Assembly (NCBI RefSeq): GCF_963853765.1
Contig: NC_088855.1
Location: 24,180,001-24,244,000 of the forward strand
DNA length: 64,000 nt
Direction of reading: 5' to 3'
From: Magallana gigas
Lineage: Eukaryota
Both the position numbers and the translations under genes were made by a program. Below are positions 50,873 through 63,000 of the stretch, in pieces (the first letter of the stretch is position 1; every line of letters starts with the position of its first letter). The notes below the pieces were generated by a model. It worked only from the letters and a program-made list of their open reading frames with translations, did not search any database and was not told the origin of the DNA.

Positions 50873-53800
50873 ATGGAAGAAGACGTGTTTGGTAGTGTTT
50901 CTGCGTTATTCGACGAGTTTGAAAAAGACAGAGATTCATCTACGTTTATTGCATTCGATCGAACAAATGAAGGAGAGGAAGATAAAAGTCGAATCCTCTT
51001 TACAATCGGGGGATCAGATGGAGAGTCATCTGACGAAAGCGAAAATGAAAGTAAAGATGGAGACTTAGAAGAAGATTCGGTGATAATTCCAGAGGGAATG
51101 TTTAACGAATCTGGCAAAGAACACACCAAAGAGAACGACTCTAACTTCAAGTTACTTCATGACAGTATCCTGATAATGTGTTTGTTTTTAAATTTTAATG
51201 ATAAATCTTAGCTTATAACTGTGCAATATACAAAGGTCCGCAGTACAATCTCTTAATATAGCTACATGTATATAGCTTGAATAAGCTATCCAGAATAACT
51301 ATTAATATGCAGTTTTGTAAGAGATGTAATATGAGATATGGATAAAATATCACAAGTTTGTTACCACTCTTATTTACACCATGGACCACTCAAAAAGCAA
51401 CCTTTATACTCATCCAATTTTGTTTCCTTCAGAGACTTTGCTCTTAAAGATCTAAAAGTTTAGAACAATCGATTCATGGCCACACAGTTACTTCTTGAAT
51501 GAAAAAAAGAGGTCAGGTAAAGTAAACAAGATACTTGATTGATAATAATGCAGCACTATGTAAAAAAATCATACTTATCCACACCTCAATGCACACAAGG
51601 TGGTTTACAGAACTGATCAAAGTTGAAAACTATCACAGCAGTTAAAGCTGATTCTCTATATATGCTGAAAAAATTTAAGAAACATTTAAGAAAAATGTAT
51701 GAGAAAATAGCTTTAGCAAGCTATTCTGAATAGCTTGATAAAGCTATATATCTTATTCAATCTTTATAACTAAATCAAGAGATTGTACTGGACCTGATAC
51801 AGTCTACACTTACATCAGTTACAAGTATAAGAGTACTTATTATAGGTTTGTTACTTAAATGATCACCCAAAATAAGTCAGTACCGGTACATGTATTAACA
51901 AAACTTAATAAGTGTTTGTTTTCCCAATGACTATAAAATGAGACAATTATTCACAAAAAAGTAATGATCTTTGCAAATTCATGTAAAAGTGGTCTTACAT
52001 CTTGTTCAATTTTACAAGGTCAAACTCTTAAAAATTCTCATCTTTCAAATACTCTTAGAAAATCTTCGCTGCGCCCTTGTTCATTTCAATGTTTTGATGC
52101 TACATCGGTATTTAATTTTGAAAGGGCATGTTCACAACTTTGGTCAAATTTTATTTTTTCTATTTTTATTGTTTAATACAATGCTTTTGTAATGTATATC
52201 TTATCAACCAAAATTTGACTGTCGGTCGTAGAGTTATAAGATGTGAACAAGGTTTGTGCCATGATGATGTTTTATATTGGTTCAATATACTGATGAAAGT
52301 TCTTTCTTAAACTCATGGCCTAATAAAAAGGTGTATTTTAAAACTGCAGTAATTTTTTTCTATAGAGTTAAAATTGTCAAGTTAACAATGTTGTACTTAC
52401 CGGTATGTCAAGATGTTTCCAATTTTTTGCTTGTTTCTTAACAAGTTTAAGAAAATAAATTTCAGAGATTTGCAGAAATCATTGATTCTACAAGGTAAGT
52501 GTTTCTGTTGAACTATGGTTATCTTGAAATTTTATGTTTGTCAAAGCCACAATTTACCGAAACTTGATTATTAAACTTCTATGATGACATTGCACCCACA
52601 TAGGTGATGCATCTCTGCATCCAGGATAACGCAACCATTAATGTTTATAGGATTTTGAATTTTAAACCAGACTTCTTTTGAATTACTTAGCTGATAATTG
52701 AAATAGCTTGACAAAATTTTGTAAAAACTCCAATACTTTTACTCAGTACATGTTTACCTTTGATTTACATGTAATTTAAGAGGGCCCTTTCCCATTACTT
52801 GTTTTTCATGTCTTTCGTATATGATATGTTTAAGACAATCAGTTATCTTAACATTAGGCTTTGTTGCAAAAAGTCACAGAAAAAACCACTTTTGCACGGT
52901 AATTCATAAGATAAACTCATTTGTCACAAAATTTGGTAAACAGTTATAGATTAATCATTAATTCTTTTTAATTACTTTTTATGCAGATATGTTCATGATG
53001 AAGAAAGTCCTGGATGTCAAATCATATTTCAAAACAATAGATTTTCCAGGTAAGATGATTATTATTTTAGTACTGCAAGGGAATCTTTTTGCATTTCAGA
53101 ACAACATATTACCATGCATATATGAATAACTTTTAGTGATGTACTTGATTTAGTGGAAGCCACATTCTGCCAAAAACACTAAATAAAACACGCAGCCAAA
53201 TCATAATGTAGTATGTTTACATTATTTGGATAGAGCAAGTTATTGTCCCCCTTAGAACAGCTGCACCTTAGGTAGTAGTTGCTATCTTGGGGGATTATAT
53301 AATTGTATAGCCAGTAAGTTAAAGAAATTCTTGCATACATGTACATATTCGACATTGCAGTATGTATTACATTCAATATACCAGTTACTTTGTGTTGGCA
53401 TACACTGCATAAAGAATCCCATAAAGGACTATATATGATAAGAGCCTAAAATGGCCCCCTAAAATGAACATCATCATTTTACTATCATTCTTTGTTTTCT
53501 TAGTACAGGTATGTATATGATGTGTTTACATAATATTCATTTTGGTTCAAGTGCCCACAATTTAGATATATGACATTGTAAAGACAACCTTTTCCCGCCA
53601 TTTTTGCATTTTTAGCGTAAAACAGCTTTTTTTCAAGCAGTTTTTCCTTCCGAAAACATAGAGCGAACAAATAAAATATTTTAATCAGAGATGTATCTAG
53701 CCAAGACTAATAAGTGACAAAAAAATTTTCCTTCTTCAAGCATGCGCTCTATATTTCCCATTCGTAAATAGATAAGAAAAATGTCAATTTTTGGCTGATT

Positions 53801-56800
53801 TTGATTGAATTATAGAAATGGCGTCACTTCTGACGTCATATACTGCCAGTGAGTGCAAATAAATCAAATAAATAGATGAAAAATATATTTTATATCAACT
53901 CTTCTAAAAAATTAGTTAACATTTTATTGTACCATAAACACTTAAAAATGGCGAATTATGGGGGCCAAATTTAACTCTTATCATATATAGTTCTTTAGCT
54001 GTTTTTAAAGAAGTAAAATTCTTTGAATTGCAGAAAGTACCGTCCAGAGATTGAAAAATTTATTGCTGTTCTGATGGAGAGGGATGCTCAAGACGAGGAA
54101 AGGATACCAGACCTGAACTTAAAGGTAAACAGCTCAGGACAGGTGAACTGTACACAGGTTTGAACAGTTGATAGGCACAGACTCGGTGGTGAAGCAGCTT
54201 GTTAACAGATGTGAACAAATACCTTGTTTTTATTCATATCAGATGCATTCTCAGTTGTAAGTACTAGTACATTAAGATTCCTCAAGAAATCCTTTATACC
54301 CTCCCATGATAATTTTATTATGTTGTTTCATTCCATACTTGTTTCACAGGCTGTTTATTTGAAGTGTATTTATGAGAAAAAAAAATTCTAAAATAAAATG
54401 GATTGGTATGAATATAGAATTTTATGCTTTATTTTTTTTCCAGTCCTCTACTCTAACCTGTGTTGACATTAATGGGAAATTAGATTCTTCATTGAGAACA
54501 TCAGAAATGTGGGAAGCACACGCTGTAAGTCTTAGAATTCAACCCACAAAAACATGCATACCAATTTCGATCTTCGTTAAAAATTCCAAATCTACAATAC
54601 AATTTAGCAATCAAAACATTTATTGAGTTACATGCATTGACATTGTATGGTAACTAGCATCCAATAAAGGAGAATATAATGATTGTGTGAAAATATTTAT
54701 CCACTGCTATAATTATGTACTCTAGCAGATATGTGATACAGTGATAATAAACTTGGACTACAGAATTTAAAAAAAGTTAATGCAATTTTTAATTAGACAG
54801 CTGTTTGAAAAGGATCCTTAAAGTTATATGTTTTATTTTTTCTCTTTAAGATTATTGGTGCAAGTCAATTTCACAGAGAGTGTATGATTGACAAACTAGG
54901 TTTCCCTCTGACACGGAATGAGCCACTTCTGAGCTATGGATGGGATATCCCAGCGTATCCTTGTCGTGTCATCACAGACCATATTAAATTACATGCTTAG
55001 GGGCTTACACATTGAAAATTATTGAAACCCACTTTTTATTCTGAACAATAAATCAAATTATGAAGTTAAATAATACATGTATGTTAGTTGCACCCTTCTC
55101 TTCAGTTTTTCCATGTGATGGTGCTATTCAAACATCCCTATTTGTATTGCTGAAAATACACATATACACACTCTAAATATATACAGTTTAATGAATAGCA
55201 AATAAGAAAAGAATTTTTATGATGTCTTCCAAAAACTTTATATATGTACACCAATGTCAGAATCCCGTTGAAATTGATAAATCTAGAAACTAGAGGTATG
55301 CGGGAAAATATAGTGTTGCTTAATCATTTTGCAGATGCATAGGAAAAAATGATATATATTTCTTAATTGTTTAGATATGAACAGGTGTTTTTTGAAGCTT
55401 TGCCAGTGGACAAATCAGCTGATCCCTTAAAACCGGCAAGGTATACATACGAGTACATGTTTTGCCAAGATAATTTTTGTCCATCAGAGTATTGTACGTA
55501 ATACATGTACTGCTGTCTGTGAAGTTTTGATAATCAGATATATATATGTGTGTGTTTCTCTCTTCTGTAATTATCAGACCCAAGCAGAGCTGCTTTAATT
55601 GTGAAGGCGATCACAGAATCAATGAATGTACACAGCCAAAGGACTTCAGTCGAATCCGAATGAACAAACAGAAATTTATGCAGCAATCACATATGCAGAG
55701 ACNNNNNNNNNNNNNNNNNNNNNNNNNNNNNNNNNNNNNNNNNNNNNNNNNNNNNNNNNNNNNNNNNNNNNNNNNNNNNNNNNNNNNNNNNNNNNNNNNN
55801 NNNNNNNNNNNNNNNNNNNNNNNNNNNNNNNNNNNNNNNNNNNNNGCACAAGTTGTGTACAACAAAGTTTACAGTGTACATGTATATCATTATTTTTTTT
55901 AGTTTCTGAATCATCAGGGCTTTTAATGATATATTACAGGTCACAAAGATATCATGAAGAGGGTGAGAAGGATCCAAGATTTGCTTCATTTAAGCCAGGT
56001 GTTGTCAGGTAACTTATTTATAAAAGCACTAAAACTAATAGTTAATATAATACAGCTTGATTTATTACTGTAAACAATACCTTGTATTTTATATGTGTTT
56101 AAATACATTATTTTAAACCCATGTTAAACTTCACAATGTTTTAGTCGAGAACTACGCAAGGCGTTAGACATCTCTTCCAAGGAGCTACCCGAGTTTATTT
56201 ATCGGATGAGAGGCCTTGGATATCCACCAGGATGGATGCAGGAAGCACTCAACAAAGAATCTGGAATATCCATATTTGACAAGGACGGAAATGGCAAGCA
56301 AAATAAGATTGCTCCCCTTGAAATACATTGTTGAATGACATCAATCTGAATGTTGAGCTTGTAATGATAATTTGATCGATTTCTAAGACCAAAAATGTAG
56401 GCAGTTTAACAAAAGAATATCTGTGCAATTTTCATTGATTTGGGAAAAAAGCAATTTAAGTCAATTTCTTTATTGCTGTCTCTGATTATAATTGTTTTTG
56501 TCTTTTATAGAAGTGTTAGTAACAGGTGAAATGATGGAAGATGGAGAAATACACGACCAGCTCCCTGATCAAGGTACACTAGCCAGTGTATGATTGATTC
56601 TGCATTTACATGTACATTTATGTCTGCTATACTATAAGATACATTTCATTTCCCACTTGAAAATTCAGAACAATGTACTAGTAACAGATTATAGCCAATT
56701 AAAATCTTTGAAATACTGGTATGTATTTGAAATCTAATTTTTTTTACTAGTACATGTGCATGAAAATTTGTGATGGAATAATTAACTAATTTTTTATCGC

Positions 56801-58853
56801 CAGCTCAAATTGATCCGGAGAAGATTATAGAGTATCCTGGATTTACGGTCCCTCCCGCAGAGGGAGTCAAGGATGTGAGTGTCATAGTTTTATTGTTGTT
56901 AACATTTTACCCTGGGTATGTGTTGTGGTAGACTCTTGTGCAAGGCACTTTTGATTCAATCCGATTATTGCTACCGTTAATGGTATTCTTTGGAAATTCT
57001 ACCATCTGTACACAACTATACATCATCAAACAAATAAACATGTCTCTCACTTTGGATCGATCGTTTATTAATTTTCCTCATTACAAACTGAAATAAAAAT
57101 TTTTAAAAATGTCTATACAGGTGCAGCGGTGACTCGAACCCCTGTACATTAGGTAGTTACAAGCTATAGATATCCATGGGCCCACGAAGGCAAATATTTT
57201 GCCGAATAAGTGTTCGAACTGTAAACATTAGGAGACTAATGAAATTTCTTAAAAGGCAGATTTATGGTACGAATGAAAAATTTCAGGATAAATTTAAGGT
57301 ACCTCACTACACCTACACTTATACTTTTTAAGACACTACGTCACAAGATGTCGATTTAAATGTTTTGTTAAACTGTTTATATCGTTCGAGTGGTTTGTAT
57401 ATCGTCATAGCTCAGTGGTTAAAGTATTGGGCTTCTGAACCGCAGATCATGAGTTCAATTCAGCCTGGAGCTTTTGTTCATGTTAACGGAATTAAACTTT
57501 TAAAAATGTAATTTTTCATCTAAAATTGCATATTTTTTTGCCTATTAGACTTAAATACTTCTTATCCATTATGATATCTATCATAATCAAATAATTTTGT
57601 GCTGTTCTAAGAAAATATTTTACGGTGTAGTGATCCACCTTAATAGAGTTATTGGACATTGCTGAGGATCAGATACCGGTATTGTTAAATTGTTATACAT
57701 GTATATATTTAACACAAGAACAAATTTTTCTTTACATCAAGGAACACGAAAAGTATGGATATTTACCAATGCAGCATATTCAGCTTGTTACAACTTTAAG
57801 AAATGATCTTCAAGAGGTGGTATGTACATGTACCGGGTACTCCTGAAGAGCTTGGTCCTTTTCAAAGATAATTAACATTGTTTTTTTCTTTTTTATCCCT
57901 TTTTGTACATTCTCTTCCAGTCAAATAGCAAGAAAAGAAAACTGGAGGAGGTAAAGGAGTCTGCCAAAAGGAGGCAGAAAATGGTGGATGATGACATGGA
58001 CATTGTGGAGGGTAATGAACAGTCAGAATTGACAAGAATATGACACATTTTACATTCTGGGAGTTCTATCCCGTTATTAACTTTCTTGTTTCTGTTGTTG
58101 TAACTTTTCTTATTTGTTAACTTTCTTGTTTCTTGTTCTGTATTTATATATACCAATATGATATTTTTTAAACTCTTTATTTTAGAATCTCCTTCACCAT
58201 CTGTCAATGGTCATGTGTTTGTCCCACCACTTCCAGTAGATACTCCACCCAGCAGACCACCCTTACCCCAAAACACCCCACCCCCAACTCCACCAGCCCC
58301 CAGGCTCAGTCTCCCAAGGGTAGCCAGGGAGATCTCCTTGACCGAGTCGGAGAGATCAGAATCCCCCTCTCTGGAGGAGCTGGAGGGACAACTTAAACTG
58401 CTACAGGAAAAGTTAGCTTCAAGCGAGGGCGATGCAGATCTTCAAATATTGGACAGCTGTGGTGCCAGTGATGATGACAGTAACTCTGATTTGTCTGAAC
58501 TCTTGGCATTAAAGGAGAGGATTCTGAAGAGGACAGATTCAATTTCCTCAATTCAGACCTTTGGTGAGCTAGGCTCTGGTGGATCCTGTCCAGGCACCCC
58601 CCAACCTACCACCAACAATGCAGCTATGAACTCTTTTGGCAGTGTACCCAGTGCCTCGATCTCCAAAGATTTCGGTACTCCCATTGTGAAGGGACCTATT
58701 GAACTGTTACCGGACAGTTCCAAGTTTGGTGACGGAATAGAGGATCATATTCCGTACGAAAATCTGCCGGATGCCACGGGTACTTACGACAAAATCAGAG
58801 ATCTCATCAGTAGAGTTAGAACAATAAAGAAGAAAAAGAAAAAAATAGATTAA
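50873..58853 (+). CDS. ZCCHC8: Zinc finger CCHC domain-containing protein 8 (NEXT complex scaffold)
   Basis: Phase-consistent exons 50873-51164, 52452-52494, 52987-53049, 54034-54124, 54444-54524, 54851-54954, 55375-55440, 55578-gap, 55940-56008, 56145-56293, 56511-56573, 56804-56874, 57742-57816, 57921-58011 and 58186-58853. Zinc knuckle CFNCEGDHRINEC, PSP domain FKPGVVSRELRKAL...LPEFIYRMRGLGYPPGW, Pro-rich region, and C-terminal IPYENLPDATGTYDKIRDLI. Confidence 0.94.
51232..51797. mobile_element. Degenerate inverted-repeat element (MITE-like) in ZCCHC8 intron 1
   Basis: aggtccgcagtacaatctctt...tatagcttgaataagctatccagaata (~51233-51300) is mirrored by gctattctgaatagcttgataaagctata...aagagattgtactggacct (~51718-51796). 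Confidence 0.55.
53425..53994. mobile_element. Kolobok-like MITE in a ZCCHC8 intron
   Basis: AGGACTATATATGATAAGAG ... CTCTTATCATATATAGTTCT; flanks ATAA and TTAG are each one change from TTAA. Confidence 0.7.
55703..55845. other. Assembly gap (143 N) covering the end of the ZCCHC8 zinc-knuckle exon
   Basis: Run of N in the sequence. Confidence 0.99.
57298..57639. mobile_element. Kolobok-type MITE containing a tRNA-like segment
   Basis: TTAA|GGTACCTCACTACACC ... GGTGTAGTGATCCACC|TTAA. Internal TAGCTCAGTGG (A-box-like) and GAGTTCAATTC (B-box-like) at ~57404-57465. Confidence 0.75.
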
Positions 58854-58979
58854 GTGTGTATTCATCATGCATCAATTTTGTACCATTTTATGTTTTGTAC
58901 ATTTTCTGCATATATAGTGACTAGTATGCATGCATTAAGAAAACTTCTAATCAACAATATTGGGATAATCATTTACAGC

Positions 58980-58985
58980 AATAAA
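58980..58985 (+). terminator. Candidate ZCCHC8 polyadenylation signal
   Basis: AATAAA 127 nt after the stop codon. Confidence 0.4.
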
Positions 58986-59319
58986 CATTTAGATTAGTGA
59001 TATAGTAAATGAGAGAAAATATTAATTTATACAAGGTATTCATGAGGCATCAGCAAGTGCAGTTAAGACTGGCATTCGATCTTGGAAAGTTCTCTTTATG
59101 GATCAAACCCGTCCACAGGTTATAGATTAATGTGTCTCTATGTATGACAATGTAAATCTTTGAATTGTGACAATTAAATTTTTAATGAAACCATAAACAC
59201 TTTTGTTTTATCAGGTATTTTAATATATTGTAACCAATGTAGAATCTTGCACTACAAAAAACAGACAACTCCTAATTTACAATTGGAACATTGTTTCGAG
59301 CATTATTTGCTTATTTTCG

Positions 59320-59389
59320 CTGTGTTTTACATCAAGTTTCCATGATTTGCAAAATATGGCAAAGTTTACATGAAATCCTTCATTTACAG
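59320..59389 (-). promoter_or_regulatory. SECIS element (form 2) in the SELENOH 3' UTR
   Basis: Minus strand reads CTGTAA-ATGAA-GGATTTCATG-TAAAC-TTTGC-CATATTTT-GCAAA-T-CATGGAAACT-TGAT-GTAAAACACAG. This gives a UGAA/UGAU non-Watson-Crick quartet, 9 of 10 pairs in helix II, an unpaired AAA, a 5-bp apical mini-stem and a CUGU/ACAG helix I. Confidence 0.9.
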
Positions 59390-59451
59390 GAAATAGCAAA
59401 AACAAAGCTCAAAAGAGGAGAAAAGTCATGTTGAACAAATATACGGTAAAT

Positions 59452-61669
59452 CTATGCATTCAAGTTTTTCTTCATCATGTCCGTAATTAATTTGTGATCT
59501 TCTGGAAACTTGAGTTTTCTTGGTGGGCCCTTTTTAATACCACTCCAAAGTAAGACTTCTGGAATAGAAAGAAAAGATATAAGATATATTAACCAGTGGT
59601 CCTTATGTGGGATTCATCAATATTCGTTGAAAACCAAAGATACCCAAAATTAAAATGTTTATTAAATGCAATAAGTAGTATCATTTTGAATTGGTACAAT
59701 GTAGGATCACTGACCACAAATTTGTGCATCCTTAAAACTTACTTTCACTATATCCACTAAAACTGATGTCATTAAGGACATGCATGTACATGTATTCATG
59801 AAACCACAGCAGACAATCTGAAGTATTTCAAGTTGTACCATACTTATGAAGTATAGTTGGGAATGAGCTAAAAATGTTCTAAGATGAAATAAACCATAAC
59901 AGGAGACTATAAATTGGTAGGACATTTTAGGACACACAGAAATATATTTCCCGAACTTGTTCCCAATTTCAAGTACATTGCATTAAAATGTTAATATTAA
60001 GGGTAAATAAAATGCATGTACAGTATTCATGTAGATGTGTAAACCTGATGACCTTGATAAGCACAGATTTGCAAAAATTAATGAAACCTGTGCACGTTAT
60101 TCAGGGATTTTTACTCTTGATGGAAACTTATTCATACAGATTAATTTTTCACTTTCCTTTACACCCACACGCACCTGATGTTATATATTTTAATCATAAT
60201 AAAAAATATATACCCCTTTTTCTAATAACCTAATGTTAAATTATTTTTTCATACCGGTTATTAAAAATATACACCTTCTACTTAATAATTATAAGGTAGA
60301 GGGTATATATTTTTTATTATGAGATAACTTTATTATGTCAGGTGCCTTTGCATACACCTTACCTTGAGTTTCTCCATCTTCCACTATCAAAGTGACTTCA
60401 AAACTTCCTCTTCTTGGAGCAGAGGGATTATATTCAATGTGAATATCCTCAACCTCTGCCTTTATTGCCTCAGCCAGAGCTGTGGCCTTCTTCTTGTACA
60501 CCTGTCAGGATTTGCTGAATGAAAAAAAAAAATGTGAACAATTAAAAATTATATATTCCTGGTATATACATGCATAAACAGAATGTAACTGTATATACTG
60601 AGGTTCTAAAAGAATGTCATTTTTCCTCCTACATTTTTAGTTGAAAGCAACATTTTTCAGAAAATTGTTAGAATGTGATATACTAGTATTGCCCAATTTT
60701 GAAAAGATCTAGAGATAAATTTAAAATTTTCATGCTTTTTTGGCACATAACATGAAATTGTTTTTCAAACCTTCTGTTCCAAAGAATTGTAACTTTTTCA
60801 TGCGTACAAAACTGTAGCTCCCAGGTCATCCATCCGATTTTTTTTTCAGATTGGGGGCTACAGACCTGCAGTAACATTAGGCCATAGGAAAAAAAAGTAT
60901 GGTCCGAAACTGAATTTTAAAGAGATAACCTTAACATCTGACCTAGAGTCAAGGTTCAAGGCAACTGCAAACCCTATACTAATATAGGATAAGCTCTGTT
61001 TATGTGAAGTACAAGTTATACGGGAGAGAATATATGATAGGGATAAAGATTTATTAACATGGTCTGATATTAATACCATAGCCCTTTATCTAGAAACTTT
61101 GTTCAAGGCCTTTGAACACCCTTTGACCAAATGTGATCTGTGGGTGAAGTATGAGCCAGATTATATTGGGGGGAATATGTAAGGGATTAAATGATTTATA
61201 AAATTAAGACAAGGATTTTTGAAACATATTTCTGTTATGACCTTAACCGTAGACCTAAAAACTTGGTTCAAGGTCATTGCACGTCCTTTACCCAAAGGCA
61301 CACTGTGGGTAAAGTATGAACCAGATTGGGCCAAAGGGAGAGAATATATGCTCCTGGGCCCTGGCAAGTAATATCGGACTGACAGCCGACGGACAGTAAT
61401 CACTTTAATGGGGCGCCCGCATACGAGGTCCTAATTATTGAAAATCATAAAAAAAAAATATTGGCTTTGAGTTGACCATAGATTAAACCATCCAAGATCT
61501 CATACAACTATATAACGTTATACATGTAATATAGCGGCATATTGAATATTTACCAGTGTTCAATGACAACTCTTGGAACAGGGGCGCTAGATTTAGCTTT
61601 CTTCTCAGCAACAGTCTCCTCTGATACGTTGGTAGTTTTTGGGACAGTTTTTCGCTTTCTTGGAGGCAT
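59452..61669 (-). CDS. SELENOH: Selenoprotein H, 124 aa, with Sec encoded by TGA at 60505-60507
   Basis: Exons 61554-61669, 60363-60514 and 59452-59558 total 375 nt: MPPRKRKT...RVVIEHC|KSUQVYKKKATALAEAI...NPSAPRRGSFEVTL...|EVLLWSGIKKGPPRKLKFPEDHKLITDMMKKNLNA*. Contains CxxU, RRGSFEV and WxGIKKGPPRKLKFP, the SelH signature motifs. Confidence 0.95.
60880..61436 (+). mobile_element. HINE-like element with ~164-bp tandem units in SELENOH intron 1
   Basis: gtgggt(g/a)aagtatga(g/a)ccagatt recurs at ~61140 and ~61305. The 3' end gacggacagtaatcact...gggcgcccgc...cctaatt resembles the oyster HINE end. Confidence 0.6.
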
Positions 61670-61703
61670 TTTCACAAAACCGAAACAGGAGGGGTTCCGA
61701 TAA

Positions 61704-61715
61704 TTTCGCGGGAAA
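61704..61715. promoter_or_regulatory. Overlapping inverted E2F-like site upstream of SELENOH
   Basis: TTTCGCGGGAAA reads TTTCGCGG on plus and TTTCCCGC on minus, 35 nt upstream of the ATG. Confidence 0.35.
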
Positions 61716-62142
61716 TGTACAGAAGTATGGAAAGGCATACGGGTGCTTATGAATATAAAAATTTGTCAAACTTGTAAAATTTACATAGTAAAATTGCCGA
61801 AAATAATGAAAATATATACCCTCTACCTAATGATGCACTTTAAATAAAGGGTATACATCTTTATTACGAGAAATATAAATAACATCATGTGCCTGTTGTT
61901 TTAGTCTCTGTATGGCAGTCCATATAATTTTATCGAAAGAAGTGAAGATAACTCTATTTTTCTCGCACGCTGAATTGGAATTAGGCAATCGCCGCAATGT
62001 CTTCTCCAACCGTTAACAAGATACCAACGCTTGTTCCATCCTTAGATGAGGTTGTATCAGGTACGTTTCTAACTGATTTTGAAAATTCAGTCTTTCCTTT
62101 TGTGTGACATTTTATTCCGTTCAATAATTTAATGCAAATAAT

Positions 62143-62176
<34 letters not shown>

Positions 62177-62244
62177 GTTGTTTGCTTAAAGCCTATACAT
62201 GTATGTACTTACAAGGAGAAACTTCCCAGGGTAATTGCTCTCCT

Positions 62245-63000
62245 TTTTTAGCTCATCAAAACGAAGGCGGGGGCGGGGAGCTTATGCTATACCCCCTGGG
62301 TCAGCGTCCATACCTGGTTAATGTTTTTGTAGCAGGCCCTGTACACATGTACATGTATATATCTATATAAGTAACTGTTATTACTTGTCCTACTTTTACC
62401 CTACATCTTGAACTACTTATGGTCTTAAATGACAATGCTGAACCTGGGCCATGAATTTCTGGTGCTGGAGAAGGTTAAATTTTTTCTGGAGCTGATTAAA
62501 GTTTTTTCTGAGTGCTCAGGTGCACTTTGATGACTATAACTAAGTTAATACTTGTCTTATCCTTACCAAACTTGCATGGATGGTGCACCTGGACCTACTT
62601 ATGGATTTAAAAGACTTGGATCCTGAATCTATGCCATGAATTTCTAATGCTGGAGGAAGTCAAGAGTTTTGGAGCTTGTTTAAGGTTTTTGAGCAGGTGC
62701 CCTTTAAAGACTGTCAAAGTTTAATACTACTGTTCCTATCTCAACCAAACTTGCATGGATGTTGCATCTTATGCTACTTATGCACTTGACATACTTAAAA
62801 GCTGGTTTCAGATGCTGGATGAGTTTAATGTTTTTGGAGCTAGGTTATAAAGTTTTTGGAGTAGGTGCCCTTTGATGATTATATCTAAGTTACTACTGCT
62901 CATATCTTCACCTAACTTGCATGGATGGTGCATCTTCTGATACTTATGCACTTGAAAGGCTAAAAGCTGGTTTCAGATGCTTGATGAGTTTAAGGATCTT
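62245..63000. mobile_element. HINE-like element with 165-180-bp degenerate tandem units
   Basis: Begins tttttagctca; aacttgcatggatg recurs at ~62568, ~62747 and ~62913. Confidence 0.6.

Noticed and set aside
51433-51516. Exon-like 84-nt segment (ttcag|...|gtaaag) in ZCCHC8 intron 1
   Set aside because: It has stops in all three frames, lies inside an inverted-repeat element and is within a putative U12 intron. There is no support for it as a poison exon.
57404-57480. Functional tRNA gene (also 63098-63175)
   Set aside because: The B-box is degenerate and neither the acceptor nor the anticodon stem can be paired. Treated as tRNA-derived relics.
60289-60501. Stand-alone 70-aa ORF
   Set aside because: It is SELENOH exon 2 downstream of the Sec codon, extended into the intron.
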